IMG/VR virus record: IMGVR_UViG_3300037553_000311 | Location: 28,685-92,684 of that record | Reading direction: 5' to 3' (one strand) | DNA from: a virus | Length of the DNA stretch: 64,000 nucleotides | Shown here: positions 30,746 to 40,324 of the stretch, piece after piece | Numbering within the stretch: position 1 is the stretch's first letter | Layout: each line of letters starts with the position of its first letter | Translations under genes and position numbers: made by a program | The notes under the pieces: model-generated | Database searches by the model: none | Seen by the model: the letters and a program-made list of their open reading frames with translations, nothing else | What the model was told of the DNA's origin: nothing

Positions 30746-30768
30746 TCAAGTATATATTACTATAGTAG
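30746..30768 (+). promoter_or_regulatory. Putative early promoter of the nvRNAP beta-prime gene
   Basis: tcaagtatatattactatagtag. Confidence 0.75.
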
Positions 30769-30900
30769 AGATGCATCAGATAATACTTGATACATCTCTA
30801 CTGATCTTCGATTAGTAGAAGGTATCAGATAATACTTGATACCTCCTACTAGATCAGATAGCGCATCATATTAATAATCACACATAGGAGATACCACATC

Positions 30901-32406
30901 ATGAAAGTACTACCAAAGATACTCAACCTAGACGAGCTCTATCATAAGACCCCTAACAAAATCATCTTCAATGAACTACTCATCAGTAAGACACCAGAAG
31001 AAATCATAGATATCATCTGTGATGTAGGTAGTGATAAATCAGACACATTAGCTAGATGCTCATGTGATGCACTCGTAGGTAATTATTACGAAGGTCTCAT
31101 CTGCGCTAAGTGTAATTCTAAATGCATCAGTTCACTCTACTCTAATATCACAATAGATACATGGCTAGAGATACCTAACTCTATAACTAAAGTACTCAAT
31201 CCACAAGTATATATCATCCTATCTAAATGGATGGGTAATAATGCTAAGAAGGTACCTTACCTAGATACTATCGTCAATATCAAAGCTGAACTAGATGAAG
31301 AACTCAAGCCTCATATATTAGGTCAAGGCTTCAATTACTTCTATAGTAACTTCAGTTCTATAATCAATCACTTTGCTAATATCAGAGCTAAGAAACCTTC
31401 TACTAAAGCATTACTCAAGTTCCTAGATAATAATAAGCATAATATGTGGTGCACTAAGCTACCAACTGTCAGTAGTATATTACAACCAGTGACTAAAGCT
31501 AATGGATTTGTAAGATATGTATATCCTAATATCGGATACCTCATCAAGTCTATTATCAATCTCAATGGTATACTCTTATCAGAGAAGATGATGAACTTTA
31601 GTGTGAATCATATAGAGAGACATTTCTTCGCTGTATATTCAGCATTCATTGATTATGTCACAACTATAGCTAAAGAACGTCTCCCAGCAAAGAAGCATCT
31701 ACTACGTAAACATATATTTGGTAGTAGACTCCATTGTACAGCTAGGTCAGTAGCTATACCACTCATAGTAAATCATGAAGCAGATGATGTACATATCCCA
31801 TGGAAGATAGGAGTATCTTGCTGGAAGTATCACATCATCTCTATGTTGATCAATAGACATAGTCACACGATAGCTGATGCATTTAACAGAGTATCTAAAG
31901 CTATCAATGTATATGATCACACGATAGATAAGATAATGCAAACACTCATCAAAGAGTGCCCGTATAAAGGTCTACCAGTACTAATCAATCGGAACCCTTC
32001 ACTACAGATCGGTTCTATACAGTTACTCTTTGTAACTAAAATCAAACCAGGTTTCACTAAACCACCAACACTGATTGAAGAAGACTCAGTGGATAATATG
32101 ATACTAACAGGTGGAAAGGTCACGAATAAGGTAAAGTATAAGTTTCCAAAAGAAGTGACATTAGCTGTAGACGATGGTACCATAGCATCATCTCCACTAA
32201 TCATCGCTGGTTTCAATTTAGATTATGATGGGGATGAGTTACATGTATTCCCAATATTCGAGATGAACATGGTACCTAAGTTAAAGGTACTACATCCAGT
32301 ATCAAAGATATTCAGCAGTAAGTACATCGGAGTTTCTAATGATGTATCACTTAGTAACCAGCAGTTTATTCTCCTAGACGGGTTTGTAAACGATCCTGAT
32401 ATCTGA
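30901..32406 (+). CDS. Non-virion RNA polymerase beta-prime subunit, N-terminal/catalytic part (phiKZ gp55-56.1-like)
   Basis: Zn ribbon CSC...C..C, RKHIFGSR, NRNPSL and catalytic FNLDYDGDE. Confidence 0.92.
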   Translation: MKVLPKILNLDELYHKTPNKIIFNELLISKTPEEIIDIICDVGSDKSDTLARCSCDALVGNYYEGLICAKCNSKCISSLYSNITIDTWLEIPNSITKVLNPQVYIILSKWMGNNAKKVPYLDTIVNIKAELDEELKPHILGQGFNYFYSNFSSIINHFANIRAKKPSTKALLKFLDNNKHNMWCTKLPTVSSILQPVTKANGFVRYVYPNIGYLIKSIINLNGILLSEKMMNFSVNHIERHFFAVYSAFIDYVTTIAKERLPAKKHLLRKHIFGSRLHCTARSVAIPLIVNHEADDVHIPWKIGVSCWKYHIISMLINRHSHTIADAFNRVSKAINVYDHTIDKIMQTLIKECPYKGLPVLINRNPSLQIGSIQLLFVTKIKPGFTKPPTLIEEDSVDNMILTGGKVTNKVKYKFPKEVTLAVDDGTIASSPLIIAGFNLDYDGDELHVFPIFEMNMVPKLKVLHPVSKIFSSKYIGVSNDVSLSNQQFILLDGFVNDPDI

Positions 32407-32580
32407 CCATATTACACTCTAATCTCTATAGCACACTATTACAGTGTGCTATAGAGATTATGTAATAACTTTTAATAGCATCTTACCTATATTATGAGAG
32501 ATACGTCGTCCCACATGGAGTTCGTATCAAATACGATAATCAACACGATAAGTTAGTCGTGACATTTAAGGAGAAGTATA

Positions 32581-34386
32581 ATGAATTCATTAACAGCACC
32601 TGGTAAGATGCACTGTTTCAACTGTGGAAAATACAAGCTAGAGAAACACTTCATGGGTAAACCATCTGGACGATTTGCAATCTGTATGAATTGTATTAAT
32701 GAGTATCTACCTAACGACAAAGCTCAAATCACTGACATGAAACCAGTTCATTCTGGAATGTGTACTAGTGATAAATGTAATCGTACTACTGACCTATATA
32801 CATTCAATGACAAGATCATATGCTTACCATGTTTATATAAGTTATTAGTTAGTTGTATGACTGGTGATAATAGTAATTATATTACATGCTCTCGATGTGG
32901 AGACAATCAACCGATATCTTCTTTTGCTAATAGTGGTAGAACAGTTAACTGGGGTAAGAAGTCAATATGTCGAGGATGTATCAGTGGGAGCGATCACGTT
33001 AAGCATAAACTTATATCAGATATGACTGATAAAGAAATTACAATCACTGAGAAGAAGTGTGGTCATTGTGGAGTAGTGAAAACTATCAATCACTTCAATC
33101 GCCGGAATACTTCAGACGATGGTCTTGCCACACATTGTCAGGTATGTACTAAGTATATAAGAGATTGTCGAACAGCTAATTTAGCTAAGCTTCCAGATAA
33201 GAATCTACCTATCGATGAATATACTGATCTATTAAAACATGTTCACTTCATATGCATCAAATGTAATTCACCCAAACAACTTTCTAATTTCCCTAGCTTT
33301 AAAGATACATATAAACATGTATGCAATAGTTGTACAACATCCAGATTATCAACAACAGCTACTAGTACGTATGCTGATTTTCAAATCAAGTACAAAGCGG
33401 CTAATACTAATCTAGAACACGAAGATGTCCAAAGGTGCTCTAATTGTAAATCGATCAAACCACTATCTCATTTTCATCAGCACCTCAATGGTGTAGGGGG
33501 TGGAATTTCAAAGACCACGTCATGGTGTAAAGCTTGTAGGGTAATTCAGGCAAAGGATCGATGGGGAGATATAAAAGATCATCATGCGGGTGTATGTAAG
33601 AAATATAAAGCTAAATTCCCTGAGAGACGTCTAGCTACTAATTTAGTTAGAACCTCTTTGTTAGATGTCGATGGTATCGTATCTAGATTACCAAATAATT
33701 ATGTCTATCATCATTGGAACTATTCTACTGAACATCACTTAGATGTTATCCAATTGAGTAAAGCTATTCATATCAACTTACATTTAAGATTAGAATATCA
33801 TAGAGATCTTGAAACAGGTACATTCATATTTAGAGATAAGAAAACAGGTGAGCTTTTAGATACTAAAAAGAAGCACGTGTTGGTTATTGATGAGATCAAA
33901 AGTTCAAATCCTAAACTAATTGAACCTATAATAAGTGATCGTCAAGGATTGAAGACTAAATATATAACTAGTAATAAACCTTATGCTAATTTGATAGTAC
34001 CTGTCACAGATGAGACTGAAAAGGTATTCTGTAGGTCTTGTAAAAACTATCTACTGCCTGCATATTTTAATGAGGTACAGACTAATGGTAATGTTAAATT
34101 CATTTATGATGTTTGTACTAGATGTAATACTGTATTAGGAGCTAGACACGATGTGAATAATGATCCAGAAATCAGTAGTATAGATGAGTTGAATACTAAG
34201 GATACTCGTGATTACAGTATCGTTTCGAAACATTGCTATGGGTGTTTAGAATTGAAACCGTTAGCATCATTTCCTCGATCAGCTGCTAATATTTTAACTG
34301 GTAGGCATCGGTATTGCGCCGATTGTGCTAAGTATATACGTGGTACTGACAGTAAACAGGATCACATCAATCATGATGAGTTGTAG
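32581..34386 (+). CDS. Multi zinc-finger protein with an HNH-like core
   Basis: Numerous CxxC pairs with K....F spacing; YHHWNYS...VIQLSKAIHINLH. Confidence 0.65.
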   Translation: MNSLTAPGKMHCFNCGKYKLEKHFMGKPSGRFAICMNCINEYLPNDKAQITDMKPVHSGMCTSDKCNRTTDLYTFNDKIICLPCLYKLLVSCMTGDNSNYITCSRCGDNQPISSFANSGRTVNWGKKSICRGCISGSDHVKHKLISDMTDKEITITEKKCGHCGVVKTINHFNRRNTSDDGLATHCQVCTKYIRDCRTANLAKLPDKNLPIDEYTDLLKHVHFICIKCNSPKQLSNFPSFKDTYKHVCNSCTTSRLSTTATSTYADFQIKYKAANTNLEHEDVQRCSNCKSIKPLSHFHQHLNGVGGGISKTTSWCKACRVIQAKDRWGDIKDHHAGVCKKYKAKFPERRLATNLVRTSLLDVDGIVSRLPNNYVYHHWNYSTEHHLDVIQLSKAIHINLHLRLEYHRDLETGTFIFRDKKTGELLDTKKKHVLVIDEIKSSNPKLIEPIISDRQGLKTKYITSNKPYANLIVPVTDETEKVFCRSCKNYLLPAYFNEVQTNGNVKFIYDVCTRCNTVLGARHDVNNDPEISSIDELNTKDTRDYSIVSKHCYGCLELKPLASFPRSAANILTGRHRYCADCAKYIRGTDSKQDHINHDEL

Positions 34387-34634
34387 ATCAGAATGTCTAA
34401 GTAAGTCAAGCATATATCTTATATAGATGAACTCTATACTAAACTCTCATAACGCTCTCTACATCGGGAGCGTTATGAGAGAGCGTGTGATGATGTTTTT
34501 ATTAGCTGATGATCCACTCTAATAATAGAGCTTCTCTTTTTTTACGGATGCACTTTCAGCATGAGATAATATCTTTTACTACTACTCAAAGTGCATATAT
34601 TTTTAGTATAGAATCAGATGGTAAATGTAGATAT
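34367..34634 (+). repeat. About 270-bp direct repeat, copy 1
   Basis: Near-identical to 36105-36373; includes the NHDEL-stop codons. Confidence 0.9.
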
Positions 34635-34683
34635 TCATATCGGATCTTTGATATATCCCTAGTTACTATATAAGCTCTATATT

Positions 34684-34706
34684 TCAGGTATATATTACTA
34701 TAGTAG
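34684..34706 (+). promoter_or_regulatory. Putative early promoter
   Basis: tcaggtatatattactatagtag. Confidence 0.75.
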
Positions 34707-34870
34707 AGATGCATCAGATGATACTTGATGCATCTCTACTGATCTCTGATTAGTAGATGTGCATAAGATACAACCTGATGTACATCTACTGATCTAGTAA
34801 TGAGATAGCGTATAGAATAATCTATACACACGCTAAAAGTCAGATATCTGACATGATACCTTAGGAGGGT

Positions 34871-36124
34871 ATGAATATGAAAGTGAGTAATGAAGTAATG
34901 AATATCTATGGTAACGATGGAGATCAATTCGATAAAGTAGCGATAGATTCTAGTGGTAATGTCATCTGTGCTGGTACTATCGGATCAGAAGGGACTGGTA
35001 GTCATGTGGGTATATTAATAATCAAGTATGATATTAACCTTAATGTACTAGTTAGAAAGGTATATGGTGGTAGTGGTGGTGATAGGTTCGGACAAGTAAC
35101 TACGGACTCTAATAATAACGTCATCTGTGTTGGATATACACTATCAGGAAGAGCTGGTGATTATGATACACTAGTAGTGAAGTTTGATAGTGATCTTAAT
35201 CTACTAGCTAGGAAGACATATGGTGGTATTATTTTGGATGAGTTCAGTGCAGTAGCTACTGACTCTAATGATAATGTCATCTGTGCTGGGTATACTACTA
35301 GTGAAGATAATTGTTATCATGATGCATTAGTAGTTAAGTTCAGCGGTACTGATCTTAGTATACTAGCTAGGAAAGTATATGGTGGAACTGTCATTGATAT
35401 GTTCCGTGGAGTAACTACTGATACTAATGGTAATATTATCTGTACTGGATATACTCGTAGTGAAGGTAGTGGTTATGATGATACATTAGTAGTTAAGTAT
35501 GATAGTAATCTTAATGTACTAGCTAGGAAATCATACGGTGGTTATGTTTTTGACTACTTCTATGGAGTAGCTACTGATACTAATAATGATATCATATGTG
35601 TTGGGTATACTACTGGTGAAGGTAGTGGTAATGATGATGCATTAGTAGTTAAGTTCAGTGGTAGTGATCTTAGTATACTAGCTAAGAAAGTATACGGTGG
35701 TACAATTAATGACCGCTTCCGTGGAGTAGCTACTGATAGTGATGATAATATCATATGTACTGGACATACTACTTCGGAAGGAGATGATAATGGTAATGTC
35801 ATATTAGTAGTCAAGTTTGATAGTGACCTTAATGTATTAGCTAGGAAGACATATGGTGGGATTGACGATGATGATCACTACCTTGGAGTAACTATAGATC
35901 CTAATGGTAATATCATATATGTTGGACGTACTATTTCAGAAGAAACTAATGATTATACTCCCCTAGTAGTGAAGTATTATACTCCCCTAGTAGTGAAGTT
36001 CCAACGCAGATTATATCAAGTAGCTACTGATACTAATGGTAATGTCATCTGTACTGATGTTAACGATACCGATGAATCTGATAGTCATGAGGATGCGGTA
36101 GTAGTCAATCATGATGAGTTGTAG
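34871..36124 (+). CDS. Beta-propeller repeat protein (paralog family)
   Basis: Seven repeats plus a degenerate eighth. Confidence 0.85.
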   Translation: MNMKVSNEVMNIYGNDGDQFDKVAIDSSGNVICAGTIGSEGTGSHVGILIIKYDINLNVLVRKVYGGSGGDRFGQVTTDSNNNVICVGYTLSGRAGDYDTLVVKFDSDLNLLARKTYGGIILDEFSAVATDSNDNVICAGYTTSEDNCYHDALVVKFSGTDLSILARKVYGGTVIDMFRGVTTDTNGNIICTGYTRSEGSGYDDTLVVKYDSNLNVLARKSYGGYVFDYFYGVATDTNNDIICVGYTTGEGSGNDDALVVKFSGSDLSILAKKVYGGTINDRFRGVATDSDDNIICTGHTTSEGDDNGNVILVVKFDSDLNVLARKTYGGIDDDDHYLGVTIDPNGNIIYVGRTISEETNDYTPLVVKYYTPLVVKFQRRLYQVATDTNGNVICTDVNDTDESDSHEDAVVVNHDEL

Positions 36125-36373
36125 ATCAGAAGGTCTAAGTAAGTCAAGCATATATCTTATATAGATGAACTCTATACTAAACTCTCATAACGCTCCCTAC
36201 ATCGGGAGCGTTATGAGGGAGTGTGTGATGATGTTTTTTATTAGCTGATGATCTATAATCATAAGAGAGCTTCTCTTTTTTATGGATGCACTTTCAGCAT
36301 GAGTAGATATCTTTTACTACTACTCAAAGTGCATATATTTTTAGTAGTGGAATCAGATGGTAAATGTAGATAT
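36105..36373 (+). repeat. About 270-bp direct repeat, copy 2
   Basis: Near-identical to 34367-34634. Confidence 0.9.
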
Positions 36374-36469
36374 ATCTGATCAGATTAGTTAGATATCAGC
36401 TAAAAATAAAGTGCTAAAATAGCACCTCTCCTACCCCTTATAAAACCACGGGTGACAGACCCCCTATTT

Positions 36470-36560
36470 CTACCTGTATATCCCTACGTGACCCCCCATA
36501 TTTGCTATATTTCGTGTTTCCTACGTGCAGTAATATAGGCGTTCAGAAATGGGTATTTCA
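36470..36560 (+). repeat. Diverged TACGTG element
   Basis: gtatatccctacgtga....catatttg..atattt...ctacgt pattern shared with 10051 and 51588. Confidence 0.65.
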
Positions 36561-36684
36561 GTAAGTATGAAACATATCTGAAATTAGTGATAATGTGCTA
36601 CATTCGATACATGATTCTTACACACTCTGAGCATGAGCGAACATCTTTACCTACTATCAAGAGTGCTATCGGTAGCTTACTATT

Positions 36685-36707
36685 TCAGGTATATATCACT
36701 ATAGTAG
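36685..36707 (+). promoter_or_regulatory. Putative early promoter
   Basis: tcaggtatatatcactatagtag. Confidence 0.7.
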
Positions 36708-36868
36708 AGATGCATCAGATAATACTTGATGTACCTCTACTGATCTAGCGATCAGTAGTATACGTAGCTAAGTATGACTCTTAGATATCTAATCACTAGA
36801 TCAGGTAGCATATCAATTAGTATCTGATGTGCTACCTGATTATCAATTCAATATAGGAGGGTAGTAAG

Positions 36869-37351
36869 ATGAGTAAATTAGATAGTAGTAATAAGGTTGA
36901 AACAGTGTACGGTGGTAGTGGTCATGATTTCTTCAATGGAATAACCACTAATATTAACAATGATATAATCTGCGTTGGAACTACTAATAGTGAAGGTACT
37001 GGTGGTCGCGATATATTAGTAGTCAAGTTTGATCCTAACCTTAATGTACTAGTTAGGAATGTATATGGTAGTACTAAATCTGATATATTATATGAAGTAG
37101 CTACTGACTCTAACGATGATATCATATGTGTTGGAACTACTAATAGTGAAGGTACTGGTATCAATACACTACTAGTTAAGTTCAGTGGTAGTGATCTTAG
37201 TATCATATCTAAGAAGGTATATGATGGTACTAGTGCTGATTATTTCTATGGAGTAGCTACTGATGCTAATAATGATATCATCTGTGTTGGGATTACTGCT
37301 AGTGAAGAAGCTGGTAATAATGATGTATTAGTAGTTAAGAGTGTTTCTTAG
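36869..37351 (+). CDS. Beta-propeller repeat protein, three repeats
   Basis: Same repeat family; AGGAGGG RBS. Confidence 0.8.
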   Translation: MSKLDSSNKVETVYGGSGHDFFNGITTNINNDIICVGTTNSEGTGGRDILVVKFDPNLNVLVRNVYGSTKSDILYEVATDSNDDIICVGTTNSEGTGINTLLVKFSGSDLSIISKKVYDGTSADYFYGVATDANNDIICVGITASEEAGNNDVLVVKSVS

Positions 37352-37385
37352 CTACATAATTAATCCAATATAGGAGGGTAGTAAG

Positions 37386-38522
37386 ATGAGTAAAGTAGAT
37401 AGTAGTAAAATAAGTAGTAGTCGTATGATTGAAACGATATATGGTGGCACTGGTTATGTTTTCTATGGAATAACTACTGACTCTAACGATGATATCGTAT
37501 GTATTGCGAATACTAATAGTGGAGAAGGTGACGACATTAACACAGTAACAGTAGTTAAGTTTAGTGGTAGTGATCTTAGTGTCCTAGCTGAGTATGTATA
37601 CGGTAGTTCTGATCGCAATTTCCTCTATGGAGTAGCTACTGACTCTAATGATGATATCATATGTGCTGGGTTTACTGTTAGAGATGGAATTGATAGTAAT
37701 GATGCATTAGTAGTTAAGTTCAGTGGTAGCGATCTTAGTATATTAGCTGAGCAGGTACACAGTGTTACTAGTCGTGATTACTTTTATGACATAGTTACTG
37801 ATCCTGATGGTAATATCATCTGCGTTGGGAATACTTATAGTGAAAGTAGTGTTACCACTGATGCATTAGTAGTTAAGTTCAGCGGTAGTGATCTTAGTGT
37901 CCTAGCTGAGCAGGTATACAGTAATACTGATCATGATAGCTTCCATGGAGTAGCTACTAATCATGATGGCGATATCGTGTGTGTAGGATATACTGCTAGT
38001 GAAGGAGGTATTGGTATGTCTGCGTTAGTAGTTAAGTTCAGTGGTACCGATCTCAGTATACTAGCTAGGAAAGTATACGGTGATACTTGTTACGATTGTT
38101 TCCGAGGAGTAGTTACTGATCTTAATAATGATATCGTGTGTATTGGTCATACTCGTAATGAAGTATCTGACAGTTATGATGGATTAGTAGTTAAGTTCAG
38201 TGGTAGTGATCTTAGTATACTAGCTGAGCAGGTATATAGTGGTACTGATAATGATAATTTTAACGGAGTAGTACTTGACTCTAAAGGTGATATAATGTGC
38301 GTCGGATGGATTATTAGTGAAGAATCTAATAGTCCCGATGCATTACTAGTTACGTTCGATGGTAGTGATCTTAGCATACTATCTGATCAAGTGCTAATCG
38401 GAGAATTCTTCTATGCAGTAGCTACTAATCATAACGGTGATATAGTATGTGTTGGATCGACTTCTAGTGAAGAATCTAGTAGTGCTAATGCATTAGTAGT
38501 GAAGTATGTTAACGTGACTTAG
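37386..38522 (+). CDS. Beta-propeller repeat protein, seven repeats
   Basis: Same repeat family; RBS/start block duplicated from 36869. Confidence 0.85.
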   Translation: MSKVDSSKISSSRMIETIYGGTGYVFYGITTDSNDDIVCIANTNSGEGDDINTVTVVKFSGSDLSVLAEYVYGSSDRNFLYGVATDSNDDIICAGFTVRDGIDSNDALVVKFSGSDLSILAEQVHSVTSRDYFYDIVTDPDGNIICVGNTYSESSVTTDALVVKFSGSDLSVLAEQVYSNTDHDSFHGVATNHDGDIVCVGYTASEGGIGMSALVVKFSGTDLSILARKVYGDTCYDCFRGVVTDLNNDIVCIGHTRNEVSDSYDGLVVKFSGSDLSILAEQVYSGTDNDNFNGVVLDSKGDIMCVGWIISEESNSPDALLVTFDGSDLSILSDQVLIGEFFYAVATNHNGDIVCVGSTSSEESSSANALVVKYVNVT

Positions 38523-38528
38523 TAAAAA

Positions 38529-38580
38529 ACTACCTACCTACCTAGCTACTTAGCTAAGTAGGTAGGTACTTATATTTTTT
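38529..38580 (+). terminator. CCTACCTACCTAGCTA-family hairpin plus T tract
   Basis: Related copies at 40125, 43808 and 44505. Confidence 0.75.
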
Positions 38581-38631
38581 ACTAATTACTAAGGTTATTA
38601 TCTATAGGTAGAAGTGTCATAGTAACTACTT

Positions 38632-38654
38632 TCAGGTATATATTACCTATGTAG
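38632..38654 (+). promoter_or_regulatory. Putative early promoter
   Basis: tcaggtatatattacctatgtag. Confidence 0.65.
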
Positions 38655-38726
38655 TATTATGCATGAATTATAAAAGATCAGTACTCTACATGAGACTGGC
38701 ATAAATATCATAGGAGATAACTTAGT

Positions 38727-39464
38727 ATGAATAAAGCTAAAAGTATACGTGGAATATATAAGACGATGACATGTATCGTCGAATACAAAGATTGCATCAT
38801 TGCAATCGATCGAGCTAACCGTGATGAAGTCATGGTGGTAAAGTTTGATCATGATTTGAATATAGTAGCAATCAGATCTATAAACTGTACAGGGAATATA
38901 TCTAAGGTAAGAGCTGATAATGATCAGATATATGTAGTAGGTTATACCGTTGATCCACGTAATGGTGATGATAGATCACTCATGGTCATCCTGGATAAAT
39001 CTGATCTCAGTATCACTCATACATGTATGGGTGATCACGGTAGTAGATATCGCGGTATTATACTATCACAAGGTAATGTCATATGTGTCGGTAGTAAGCG
39101 TGCTGACATTATCACTAATGTAGATACTGAAGGTATCCTTCAGAAATACTCATGTGAGACTGGTGAATTATTAATCACTAGGACATATTGGCAGAATCGA
39201 TGTAATATCGATCTGAATGGAATCACTAGTGGTGGTGACTATTTATATGTGATAGGTACAATTATCAATATCAGAGATGTACAGGGTGCGATATTATTGA
39301 GATACGATCATAATTTGAACCGGATGGTAGTGAATGTCAATCATTATAGTGATAATATCACACAGTTCGGTAATGTGATATATCAGAATGGTAAACTGAG
39401 GTGCTCCTACATACTTGATGGTAAGATATCTTACCAGACATATGATGCAGCTACGTTAGTGTAA
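38727..39464 (+). CDS. Divergent beta-propeller-like protein
   Basis: VVKFDHDLN, GNVICVG and DLS remnants of the family repeat. Confidence 0.65.
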   Translation: MNKAKSIRGIYKTMTCIVEYKDCIIAIDRANRDEVMVVKFDHDLNIVAIRSINCTGNISKVRADNDQIYVVGYTVDPRNGDDRSLMVILDKSDLSITHTCMGDHGSRYRGIILSQGNVICVGSKRADIITNVDTEGILQKYSCETGELLITRTYWQNRCNIDLNGITSGGDYLYVIGTIINIRDVQGAILLRYDHNLNRMVVNVNHYSDNITQFGNVIYQNGKLRCSYILDGKISYQTYDAATLV

Positions 39465-39629
39465 TAGATTAGATTATACACTCATCTACACATGCGATAT
39501 GTGTAGATGAGTGATGTCTGGTAAGCTTTATATTTTATACACTCTCAGCATGAGTAATATGCATCTACTACTCTTGAGAGTGAGTTCATCAGTAGCTTAC
39601 TATTTTAGAGTATGTAATCTCACGATATC

Positions 39630-39652
39630 TCAGGTATATATTAGTATAGTAG
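39630..39652 (+). promoter_or_regulatory. Putative early promoter (variant)
   Basis: tcaggtatatattagtatagtag. Confidence 0.6.
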
Positions 39653-39660
39653 TAAAATAC

Positions 39661-39804
39661 TAAGAGTGGTTCTTAGTATCTAAGTAGTACCTAGTCTTTA
39701 AGTTCCTAGGTTATCAAAGAACAACGAGTTAGTGCGTAAACTTACCAGTACAACTACTGGGTTGATAACGCACACAAGTACCTTAGGAGGGTATGAATAT
39801 GAAA
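39661..39804 (+). repeat. Structured leader B, copy 2
   Basis: Near-identical to 14086-14227. Confidence 0.9.
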
Positions 39805-40119
39805 ATAGTAAACTTGACTTCCCATCCCATAAATGTTATTAACCCCGACGGAGAGGAATTTATATACCCTCCGTCGGGAATTGAATCACGGGTAGAGGAT
39901 GAACATACTCCTCTACCCGCAATGCCTCTATCACCACCGATGTGTAAATCGGTAATGGGGGAGGTCACGAACCTACCTCCCATCGTACCGGACACTATGT
40001 ATATTGTATCCGGTATCGTCAAGACGCAATGTATTGATCGAACAGACCTGGTCCGTCCAGGTCCCCTGATCAGAGATGAAGATGGTATCATCAGAGGGTG
40101 TGAATACCTCCTGATGTGA
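39793..40119 (+). CDS. Hypothetical cassette protein, homolog of 12636-12968
   Basis: VNLTSHPI...PSG...LP...YIVS...DLV.P; visibly more GC-rich than its flanks. Confidence 0.8.
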   Translation: MNMKIVNLTSHPINVINPDGEEFIYPPSGIESRVEDEHTPLPAMPLSPPMCKSVMGEVTNLPPIVPDTMYIVSGIVKTQCIDRTDLVRPGPLIRDEDGIIRGCEYLLM

Positions 40120-40241
40120 AAACGCCTACCTACCTAGCTAGCTAACTAGGTAGGTATATGACTGTATGCGGTTATATTTTTTTAGTAGATTACTAATGTC
40201 ACTATCTATTTATATTTACCTAGAAAATACCACTACATATC

Positions 40242-40264
40242 TTAGGTATATATTATTATAGTAG
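40242..40264 (+). promoter_or_regulatory. Putative early promoter (variant)
   Basis: ttaggtatatattattatagtag. Confidence 0.55.
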
Positions 40265-40324
40265 TATAAGTAGCTAAGTATGACTCTTAGCTTAAGTATG
40301 TAATCTAATATAGGAGGATTTACA

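Noticed and set aside
34372-34386. C-terminal HDEL as an ER-retention signal
   Set aside because: Prokaryotic virus; the shared ending is explained by the DNA duplication.
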